Origin: Catajapyx aquilonaris
Taxonomy: Eukaryota
Length of the DNA stretch: 52,552 nt
Assembly: GCA_000934665.2 (NCBI GenBank)
Contig: KZ538165.1
Coordinates: forward strand, 62,001-114,552
Direction of reading: 5' to 3'
The first letter of the stretch is position 1, and the number at the start of each line of letters is the position of its first letter. The notes beneath the pieces are model-generated. The model worked only from the letters and a program-made list of their open reading frames with translations. It was not told the origin of the DNA and searched no databases. The position numbers and the translations under genes are program-made. Shown piece after piece: positions 35,270-45,572 of the stretch.

Positions 35270-37146
35270 AGTAACAGTCCATTCCAAAAACAAGTTGGTC
35301 TGTAAAAATTTGGCAAAAAATCCTGAATCCGATGGTGCAATTAGTTTTTTGCTACTCGGAACAGTAATCCCAGGGTGAGGGGTCAAAGTGGGGAAATTCA
35401 AATAGTGCCCTAGAAGCGGGCCTCTCTGCCACCACCACCCTCGGGACCTTGGGAACTGAAGGGCTGCTGCCACATGCCCACGCGAATTTGAAGCTGTCTC
35501 GAGGAAGTAGACTTGGTAAGGGGCCTCCTCCGCACCATAAGGTTCGAACTGGTAGGGACGAATGCCATGTAGGATGGGTAGCACAAATCCTGGCACTTCT
35601 GTGGTTGTGTCCGTAGCCGTACTGGCAGGAACACTTGAAGTTTCCATTGAAGGTCCTGGACGGTCCTCGACTGCTCTCCGACTCATCTTGGATGACTGCT
35701 ATAGGATTTTTTAATACTGGCACCTGTGGTTGACTCTAAATAACTCCCAGGGAAATGGTCCAAAAAATAACGTTATACACAGTTAGAAAGCTTGTTTAAA
35801 GCTACGTAACATATTATATGCGAGTTGTTTACCTATCTTCGTTGTGTAATTTTTTATCTCAAGAAGATCACAGAATGGTGTCATTTTTTGACTAGTTGCA
35901 TACTTTACACTGCAAAATGAATTTTTTGTGACACTTCTCGGAGGCCAAAAAATTCCCCCTGTGAACCCTGGATAGTGCAAATCTTTGTCTATCTAATGAT
36001 ATATTTGAAACTTAGAAATCACTATTTGTGTAATCATGGTTAAGTTAATTGCTCACATCAGTTATCTCGGCCTATTCTCATCCGAAACCACTGGTCTAGT
36101 GGTTACGCCACTGGCCACCCAAGCGGGAGGCCGGGGTTCAAATCCTGTCCCCATCACCTCTGCTTGGTCTGGTCTTTTTCTGCTTTTCACCCGACATGCC
36201 GGGGCAGAATTGCACTCCCTACTCTGAAGGTCTGGTGTATTTCACAAAGTCAGAAATAACTACAATTACAGCGCCCTCCCTTGGGAACCTCCCCTTCCCC
36301 CTAAGACGGGGTATTTAAAAAAAATATGATGTAATTATGATTACACAAATGGCGATTTCTAAGTTTCAAATAAGGTATATCATTAGATGGACAAAGATTT
36401 GCACTATCCATGGTTCACGGAGGGAATTTTTTGGCCTCCGAGAAGTGTCATTTAAAAAATAATTTTGCTGCGTAACGTCGACAACTAGTCAAAAAATGAC
36501 ACCTTTCGTGTTCTTCTTGCGATAAGAAATTACACAATGAAGGTAGGTAAACAACTTGCATATACGTATGCTAGGTAGATTTAAACAAGCTTTCTAATGA
36601 CATATAGCATTGTTTTTTGGACCATTTTCCTGGGAGTTATTTAGAGTGAAACACATGAGCCATCAGTATTTTAAAATCCGATAGTAGCGACTTTCAAGTA
36701 CGGATGTCCGACATAGCGTTGCGTAGCAGCTAATTTTATCTACCTGTCAGCAGCATATTAATATTGCCTTCGTAACAAGACGCTGAAAACCTTCTACGTA
36801 TAGATAATCATCTTATACGCACTCCAAAATCCATCTTTTCTCTCTTGCCCCTCCCTTCCTGCCAATAAGTTTTGTGACAGTTAGGTTTTAACACCTAATA
36901 TAAGCAACTAATGTTAATAACCAATCGCAATAAGCACTGGTGAATCAAAATAGCGCTTAAGCCCCGGTGCAGCCCTCCAGTTCCCCTGTTCCCCGTTTAG
37001 CGGCGCCTCTCATTAGTCGACGACAGGCTTTGACCCCTCGCCCTGGGATTACCGTTCCGCGTAGCGAAAAACTGATTACACCGTCGGATTCAGGATTATA
37101 TGCCCAATTATTACAGACCAACTTGTTTTTGAAGTGGACTGTCCCT
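35270..37146. mobile_element. Kolobok-like fold-back element with coding remnant
   Basis: TTAA|AGTAACAGTCCA...TGGACTGTCCCT|TTAA; inverted arms 35270-35385/37030-37146 and about 35690-36040/36335-36690; minus ORF 35258-35686 contains GIRPYQFEP. Confidence 0.75.
36089..36325 (+). mobile_element. tRNA-derived SINE (family D)
   Basis: TGGTCTAGTGG A-box, GGTTCAAATCC B-box; second copy at 45978-46210 on minus; tail CCCCTAAGACGGGGTA. Confidence 0.85.
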
Positions 37147-38537
37147 TTAATTCAGATAAAATATGCCAAGGTGCTTTCATCGTGGAATATTGAAAGGCAC
37201 CTGTGTCCAAGATGAAGCAAGCCATTTAAACACAACCCTGTATATTAGGGACTCCTAGCTAATTGGCGAAGGTCAAAGATTATTATTTATGTTTATTCAG
37301 GAAAAGCTATGAAAGTCTTTGAAATAAACTGAAGAAGGGAGGAAAGGAGGTATTCTTTTTATGTGGTTTTCAAGAATAGTTGCATGAAACCTCTACTGGT
37401 CATTAAGTTGAAAAAATTACCCTTGGCTGCATATAAGGCATTAGTCATTGTTGATCTGACAAAAGGGCAAATTCAATGTTTTCATGTTTTTACCTGAGAG
37501 CCACAAAGAACCCTGCAAACTGCTATACAAATACATAGGATGGCGTTTTGATTTTCTGTTCCAACTCTGAAGCCACTAACAGTAAGACTTGTCCCATGCG
37601 TATGGGATCTGGAGTGGGTTTTACAGGTATAGCAGCATAATACATGGGCTGTTTCAGAAATCATGGTGCGTATTCTTACATTCAAAAACCATAACACATG
37701 CAGAGATGAACTTGACTACGTTTTGAAGCTCCAGCGATTACAATTTGATCTGGTATATAGATGTCGCCCATGTCACAAAGGGGGCTGGTAAAGGAGGTAA
37801 ACAAAAGGGAATTGTGACCACACACCCACCCACACACACAAACCCCTACCCATCCATCGCACCATCACCCTAAGACAGCCCTAGCCTGACGTGCTTGGAG
37901 CTGTTGGATGTTGCATGCAGGGCGCTCTGAGATGGACAACACGGGAGCTTGATTTTTAGACTTTAGATTGTAGGACAAGTCAGAGTACTATGTGCCTTCC
38001 ATCGCCACATTCCATTCAAGAAAACGAACGCCCTCATTGAGACAGTTCCAATGCCTTTCAGCAAGGGCAAAGCAATGCCACCTTTGCATCTACTGTAAGA
38101 GAGATGGCGAGAAAGCCAATTAGGATGCCGACTTCCTGAGACCTTTCAGTCCTAAGCATAACACAGGCCTGCGATGAAATTTTTTTCTTGAAAGTGAGAT
38201 GTGTTTCTTATGTATTTTTTAATGCTGATTTCGGGGAAAATACGCAAAATCTTCTATCACCCACAGTTTTTGAGATATATCGTTTTAAAACTGTGAACGA
38301 TTTACTAGGGGTCTTTCCGAATCAAGTGGGCCTAAATGTTGCTAGACCGTCTCGGATCTTGGTCAAAATAATCTCAGATGTACTCAACTATTCCTTAATG
38401 CTGCTTATAAAATTTACGCCACATTGTGCAATACCATGACGAGGAAAAAAATCGCAAAAATCTGGAATTGGCTGAAAATGAGGCCTTTTTGGGAGATTTT
38501 TTTTCGGTTAGTGGAAGTGACCAGAACCCAATGAACA

Positions 38538-39082
38538 TCTTCTTCTAATATATATAAAGCCCCTATCCGACGAGGATATAGGATGGAAAAGATCTCCCAC
38601 TTCCCGAGGTCGTACAGACCTCGGACTTACGCCGTTGGATTCCTTGCACCCGCTAACCTATTTTCAAAAATCCTCATAATCGCAAAATTCCCAGCCGTTT
38701 TGGAGATCGCCAAATTAAATGTAGACGCAAACCCGAGATCGCGAAATTAATGTATACCGCCAACTCCCCCCGGATCCCCGAGAACAATGGACCACCCACT
38801 CCCCTCCACCCGCTTGTCACTCAACCCCACAGCTCAAACCGCTCAAACCAAGCCGTTGCGTTGCAACGATACGTCACAGATGGTCCCACCTGTCCTCCCA
38901 AGCGCTGTTTTGAACGATACGTCAGAGAGGGCACGTTCGGAAACTCCTCATCGCTATCGGTGACGTCACTGATTTCTGTAACCGGATGGATTAGGCGGAA
39001 CACGGGCATAGCGCCGAAGGCGCGCCAATTGGGGCGCAGCCCCAAGGGGGGGTGTGGGGGGGCGGTGCCCCCCCCCCCCCCC
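38538..39082 (+). mobile_element. Helitron-like non-autonomous unit A (3' end lost in a gap)
   Basis: 5' A^TCTTCTTCTAATATATATAAAG start; GC hairpins at the 3' side; no TIR; direct repeat of 39925-40486. Confidence 0.6.
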
Positions 39083-39117
39083 NNNNNNNNNNNNNNNNNN
39101 NNNNNNNNNNNNNNNNN

Positions 39118-39924
39118 GTCCCCTCACACTACCACACACTTGCACCAGCGGTGCTACAGCCTTCGGATACCATGGAGGAAGAAGTTCTTGTCGACCCCTC
39201 CCAACCACTCATCCACAGCCGCCAAAGTGTCGTCCACGAACTCTTTCCTTTGGGCTTTCGTCTCCAGGTCATAATGTTGAATCCAGCTTTCATCCTGGGT
39301 GACATACCGAGCAAGGAAGTCATCAGGGTTAGCGAGGAAGAGGGCAAGGGCAGCCTCGGAAAGAGTCACACGTGAGCGCTTCTGGTCTGGCGTGGGCACC
39401 CATCTCACACAAACCTTGTGGAATCCCAACTTGTCGGTCAGGATGTTGTGGACCGACCCATATGAGATGCCCACAGCGGTGGCCAATTCGTGGACAGTGA
39501 TCCGACGATCTGCCAACATCAGGTCGTGGACTTTCCACTGTTGTCGGCGTTGTTGGGCGCCCAGAGCGGGGGTTGTCTTCAAGTCGCTCTCTTCCCAGTT
39601 TGAAGTCGCGAACCCAGTTCTTGACTGTGGTGTATGGTGGAGCACCATCACCCACCGTTTCTCGCATGTCTTCGTAAATCTCCTTTGCCGACATCCCCTT
39701 CTTTATGGGGTACTTGATAACAGAGCGATACTCAATTTTCTCCATTGTCAGCAGCGTCCAACACCTTGCTGTCTTCTCGGAGCTGTAACTTTGCAATGAA
39801 TTATGCAATCGCATTGACACTTGCACCTGGCACTAGTAGTAGATGTGCCTACTATATGTTGGCAGCACAGTCCAAGGGGATGTGTCCATCTGTCTCAGGG
39901 CCAAAACTTTTTGATATGCCCTCG
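39118..39924 (-). mobile_element. Mariner element with frameshifted, internally deleted transposase
   Basis: MEKIEYRSVIKY...EDNPRSGRP / DRRITVHELA...KVCVRWVP...VTQDESWIQHYDLETK, then a jump to the C-terminus FFLHGIRRL; TIR end GCCCTCG|TA. Confidence 0.92.
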
Positions 39925-40486
39925 TATATATAAAGCCCCAATCCGAGGAGGATATAGGAGGATGAAAAAGATTTCGCACTTCCCGGCGTCGCAGAGACGT
40001 CGGACTTACGCCGTTGGATTCCTTGCACCCGGTTTACAATATCCAAAAATCCTCAAAACCGCGAATTTCCCAGCCGTTTTCGAGATCGCCAAATTAAATG
40101 TAGACGCAAACCCGAGATCGCGAAATTAATGTATCCGCAAACTGCCTCGGATCGACTTGCGACCTTGCCCGCAGATGCTCGTAAAGAAGGAGAACAATGG
40201 CCCACCCCCACCCTTCCACCCCCTGGCATCTTTGCACCACTCAAACCTGCCGTGAGAATGATACGTCACAGATGGTCCCACTTTGTCATCCCAATCGCTG
40301 TTTTCAACGATACGTCACAGAGGGCACGTTCGCATTCTCCTCCTGGCTACCGGTGACGTCACTGACTTCTGTAACCGGATGGATTAGGCGGAATACGGGC
40401 ACCGCGCCGAAGGCGCGCCAATTGGGGCGCAGCCCCAAGGGGGGGTGTGGGGGGGCCCCCACCTCGCAAAGCGAGTACACATCTAA
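39925..40486 (+). mobile_element. Helitron-like non-autonomous unit B
   Basis: Homologous to unit A; ends in hairpin CTCGCAAAGCGAG followed by TACACATCTAA. Confidence 0.6.
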
Positions 40487-40733
40487 AGAAAGAGATACAC
40501 CAGGAGAATGCGTCGCTGGAATTAGTTTTCCTCTAAAATACGAAAATAAATTTTTATACTATTTCATTGGTCACTTGCTCAGTCACAAGGCCAAAAATAT
40601 ATTGTGACCTGAACAATTAGTGATGTGTTTGCGTTACATCAGTCATATTTAGTGACACTAGTTGTGACTGACACAAGGTTCAGTATGTTAAGTTAGAGGC
40701 CTTGGTCATGCATGGTTCGAGAGAAAATAATAG

Positions 40734-40735
<2 letters not shown>

Positions 40736-40817
<82 letters not shown>
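40736..40817. repeat. (TA)n microsatellite, about 40 units
   Basis: Direct reading. Confidence 0.98.
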
Positions 40818-40820
<3 letters not shown>

Positions 40821-41392
40821 GCCTGCGATGAAATATTTTTCTTCAAAGTGAGAGGTGTTTCATATGATTCACCCTAATAATTTCAAACCTGCTGTCTTAA
40901 GTCTCCAAGTTTCAACCACAGCTCACTGTATGACATGAGAGACCGTTGTGATTTCAAGTTTTGTTACCAGCTACAGTATATGGGTAGGCTTCAAATGGGG
41001 AATTTTGTGGCAGGTGTTGTAAAGTGTCAGTCAACTTTCAAACATCACACATGTGGCAGATAAAACAGCTCTGGAAGTTATGGCACCTATTGCAACACAT
41101 TGTACTCTCGTGTGCAAGTGGGATAGTCTATCCCTAGTCTGTGAACTTATCTCTGAAGTTCTTTGAATTTTATACCAAATGTGAACAAGTAGTGAGGTCG
41201 GTTGTCACATCTCATTCACACTTTGTTAGCTACTTTTGCAGCATACGTATGCTGTATCTGGCTGCAATGCCATGTAACTGTACATTTGCATTATGGTACA
41301 AATCTGTCCACTCACAATGACATTGTTTTTCATGTGCACCAGCCTATAGGGAGTCATTGTGTTTGAAGCTCAGTCTGCCAGTGTATAATCTA

Positions 41393-42024
41393 CAGTGACT
41401 TCTATAAGTCAAACTTTCCCAAGTTGATGATCGCTATAAGTCGAAGAAAATTATGAGCTTGGTTGGTCACAATGTAAAATAACAGGAAATAAACTTCCCT
41501 AACTCGAAGTTCTCCATAACTCGAAGTGCAGGCGAAGGTAACTGAAAATGCATCAATATCCTATCATAAGGCTCTTACGATGGGATATTGATGCATTTTC
41601 AGTCTCCCTAAGTCGAAGTTCATGTTGGCGCATGCGGAAAATTTTCTCATTTCCCAGCCGAAGGGTCGAGAGTAGGCCACATTTACAGAAAGGCTCTTTC
41701 CTGATCTCTGTACCAGTAATGACTCATGCCATCCGCACCGGGTCCCATGGGCCCAGACATTCCCATCTGCGTTTGATTAAATAACAGGTTTTTTTTTACA
41801 ACAAAACAATGTGGAACATTGTAGTGTGATTGTGACAGTTACTTTGAAGTTTTGAACACTTTTCGTCACTGGATATAAAGGTAGGCTTCCTTATAGAGTT
41901 ATGTGCTTAATAAATTCCAAACTTCTCTAGCTCGAATCTTCTGTAACTCAAAGTGTTTTTCCCAAAGATATATCTCTTTGGTTATTCTGGTCCCATGGAG
42001 ATTTGACTTATAGAAGTTTTACTG
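41393..42024. mobile_element. Tigger-like MITE
   Basis: TA|CAGTGACTTCTATAAGTCAAA...TTTGACTTATAGAAGTTTTACTG; repeated TAA(G/C)TCGAA motifs. Confidence 0.75.
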
Positions 42025-43053
42025 ATACATGAAGCATCTTGATCACTAACCTGGATTGTGCAAGCTACTACCAGCCTTTGAGGGTTTCTAGTGACCTTTG
42101 TACTTTTCCACACTAAAAAAAGACTGCTTAGTGATGTGTATAGTTACTCTATGGATTCTACATTGCAATTATTTTTCAGATCAATTAAGTGAATCACTTC
42201 TAATAAGTCGCAACACTGTATCAAGAAAAAGAAAAGCATGAAAGTGGGCTTGCTGCTGTTTATACGATTATTTTGTCTTACATAGCCTACCTAAGTGGAA
42301 ACTTTTTCATCCCTCATGATATTTTCCCTCTTGGTTCAATAACATAACAAATTAGAATATACTAGTAAAAATTAGTTAGCCATTAAATTTTTGTATGTAT
42401 CATTGTGTGAACAACTAAAGATAGGTGGGGTAAATGGCATTTATTTTGACATTCAGTGATGTAAACTAAGGGATAATAAACTTATGACTTACACTCATCA
42501 GCAGCATTCAGTTGGTAATATACACCTGCTGGACCCACATGGTTTCTAAACAGACCTAACAGTAACAGCGAGTATCTGGTAGTGATGCCAAAATAATGTA
42601 GCCCACAATAAATTCTTGCTGGTACAGTACCTTAGGCTACCTATGATCTTGCTACATGATTGACTTGGCACAGGAGAGGTGGGTGTGGCCATGCTCAACA
42701 GCCATTAATTAATTATTATTATCAATAATTGGATACCACGGTAGATGATAGCTAGGCCTACTGGGGCCTTTTAGAGGAATATCTTTTTAATTTTCAACTT
42801 TAATCATTATATTGTGATGTGATAGATTTTGATTGTGGGAAGAAAAGGGAGATGTGGCAGATGCCTGTGGAAAAACCTACACAGCAGAACCCATCATAAC
42901 TTTCCACATTTGAAATTCCTCTGTCAGATCATGGAGGGATGGAACCCGGGACCTCTGAGGTGGAAGGCTGTGATGATATAACTACTATGCCACCATGCCA
43001 CCCTATGCCCAACTCCCATTCAGTGTGGAAGGAGCAGTCACATTGTTGGTACT

Positions 43054-43161
43054 GGTACTATATCGCCCAAAAAGATAGAGACGATTTTGCATTTGACTCA
43101 AGTGCAACTTGCACTTGAATCAAATGCCAATCATCTCTATCTTTTTGAGCGATATAGTACC
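43054..43161. mobile_element. 108-bp hairpin MITE
   Basis: GGTACTATATCGCCCAAAAAGATAGAGA...TCTCTATCTTTTTGAGCGATATAGTACC. Confidence 0.8.
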
Positions 43162-43253
43162 TTTACAACCCTTAACCCATTTTTCCTTCCCAGGTGAGGT
43201 CTCGTTTGGAATGGAGTTGTCATTGGCATAGGCTCCATTCTCGTAACCCTTAA

Positions 43254-43706
43254 CCCTTAACTACGTAGGTGGAGCCTGAGAGGCTCCAAGCACTATTTAA
43301 ACGCATGTAACTTTTTCATTGAACTTTATTTTCCACTCTCCTTCCGTGACTTTGTCAGAAAAACCTTCCTAAGCATGAAAATGAAAGAAAATTTTTTTAG
43401 TCCCTATTCTTTGGTTTAAAAAAATTCGTAACGAGGAACAGGACTCAGGCTATCCCTATGCAGGTGAAGCCAGAGCGGCTCAAAGTTGTTGATGTAACCT
43501 TTTAATTAAAAATTTTTCCCTGTCAGAATATGCTGACTCAGCGTGTGATTTTTACGTTTTCGGAAGCCTAATGATCTGAACTGCACTTTATGTGAAAAGT
43601 CCAATATAACAATTTAGTTGATAAGCAGAAATTTAAATATACCGTTGGAGCCTCTCAGGCTCCACCTACGTAGTAAAGGTGTTTCGCCCACCTACGTAGT
43701 TAAGGG
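43254..43706. mobile_element. piggyBac-like MITE
   Basis: TTAA|CCCTTAACTACGTAGGTGG...CCACCTACGTAGTTAAGGG|TTAA plus asymmetric subterminal inverted repeat GGAGCCTGAGAGGCTCC. Confidence 0.9.
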
Positions 43707-43710
43707 TTAA

Positions 43711-44054
43711 CTAATTAATTAATTCTAATTAATTCTTGGGTAGTGCCTGACCCTATATAGGGTATGCGGCACGGACCTTTATTGTAACTTATACATAGAC
43801 CATATTTTTGAAATGCCCGGGCCCACGGGCAGGATGACAGGAGGGGATGTGCAAGGTGCAGTGCAATGTCTTTATGTGGCCATTTTAGTGAACTCCCCCG
43901 GGTGGTTTAGTCTGGTGGAAATACCACCTGAGACGAAGCCAGAGGTGACCCTGAACTCTGCACAAGATGAAGGGGGTGTCCCCGGGCTGGGATCGAACCC
44001 GGGACCTTAACATCCGTGGGCGCATACGTTACCGCAGCACCTCTCCGCCTCCCC
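43711..44054 (-). mobile_element. tRNA-derived SINE (family A), uninterrupted copy
   Basis: Reverse complement matches 9934-9980 joined to 10471-10776. Confidence 0.9.
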
Positions 44055-44879
44055 TGTAACCCGTAACTACCAACGTGGGGTCTTTTGAACCCCACAATGT
44101 AGTTAATACCATCGCGATTAATAAATGGTATGAAATGAAAAATGGCAGGCCTATGTTCCTCAGACATATACTTTCTTCGATCCAATGAAAAACTTTGACA
44201 TCAGTAGTTTTTTTTTTTTTTTTTTTTTTTTTGCAGAGTCACCAGCAGTACTTTTATGCTGCTAACAGTGCTAAGCGTCCCTGCGGGGTCCAGATATACC
44301 CCACGTCGTAGCCAATGTACATAATTTTTTAGAGAACACATCACAGCGCAACCCAGCAAATTGTATTTTATAAAGTTTGAGTGTTGTTATCCAGCAAAAA
44401 ATATTGCTCGGAACTAAAATCTTGCTTTCCAACTGGGGCACCTGCAGCTGGGAATGTTTACGGTATAAGCCATTACTTACGGCATCGAGGCGATCGAGCT
44501 GGAAGGCTATGAAGCTGCGATAACGGAGTCTCATGTCCCTATTATGACTCAACTAATGGTCACAGGAGATCGATTTTTTTTTTACACATAGGTACAGCTG
44601 AGAATACAGGCAGAATTTACCGGGGAAGAATGGCTTTAGTGCTATCAAGTCAAAAAAAGGGGGGGGAAATTGCTTGAGGTCCTTAAAGACCCCACGTCGT
44701 AGCCAATGTATGGCAGATTCACGCTGGTATAGTTAAGGATTAACCATGCTGACCAGCATGAGTGGGCTTGTTGGTATTGGTACCAATATACATATTTTGC
44801 TAAGGAGAGGCCAGGCCCACTTGGTCCTATTTTTATCACTCAGTGCACTATCAGTGTAGCCCGGTGTAGACATAAATTT

Positions 44880-44947
44880 TGGCCAGCATGAAGTTCTAGT
44901 AAATTAATGTCATATGACATTAATTTACTAGAACTTCATGCTGGCCA
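44880..44947. repeat. Perfect 68-bp spacerless palindrome
   Basis: TGGCCAGCATGAAGTTCTAGTAAATTAATGTCAT|ATGACATTAATTTACTAGAACTTCATGCTGGCCA. Confidence 0.97.
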
Positions 44948-45119
44948 CGTCTTCAAATTCAGGTATTGATTTTCCCAAATGAAGGGCCCTCTACATAATA
45001 ACTAGTTCAGTACTGAACTAGTTGCCAAAACTTTGCATTGCACTTTTTATGACTTATTTGCTCGCCTTGGCTACTGCATTGTGTTCTGGAAACAATAAAT
45101 TGATTAATAAGCATGGGCC

Positions 45120-45572
45120 ATAGAAATCGCAAAATCGGTACCCCTCGGGCAAGTCGAGAAGCGAATATTTTTAGCAGAAAATAAAGCCAATGTGTTCAAT
45201 CCTCATTATAGCTATTCACAGCCACGTTCATAGACGTACGCGGACGTAAGCTACGTACGGTACGGTACGGGATGGGACGTTTGGGTTAATTTATAGCTGC
45301 TACGCTATGTTTTTGGCTACTTGGTGGGCGATACTTTGGGCGATACCTGACGAAGTGTGGTGGCGATACTGTGGCGATACCAGGCGATACCTCGTGCTCG
45401 TGGGTGAAAAGCCTGCAAGAGTGCAAGCGTGTGATACTCTCTGTGATGCTGATGGAGCTGGTGCTGTCGGTTGGAAGCATACGACCTCGATTCATCTTAA
45501 GGCTTCCGAATCCTGTGAAGTGTAAAAATACATCGTTAGTTGCTCTTTGACTGAACGCATTTCTGACAAATC
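45120..45572 (+). promoter_or_regulatory. Putative TMA16 promoter/5'UTR with a GGCGATAC cluster
   Basis: CpG-rich stretch just upstream of ATG|GTAAGT; five GGCGATAC copies at 45327-45390. Confidence 0.5.

Larger units (their letters stand above)
35121..37240. mobile_element. Composite: CAGGG/TA MITE hosting a Kolobok-like element, which hosts a SINE
   Basis: TA|CAGGGTGTG...CACAACCCTG|TA outer ends. Confidence 0.6.

Noticed and set aside
38165..38215. AGGCCTGCGATGAAAT...AAAGTGAGA repeated at 40819, suggesting LTRs
   Set aside because: Only about 50 bp match, with no TG...CA ends, PBS or PPT; more likely two ends of one DNA-element family.
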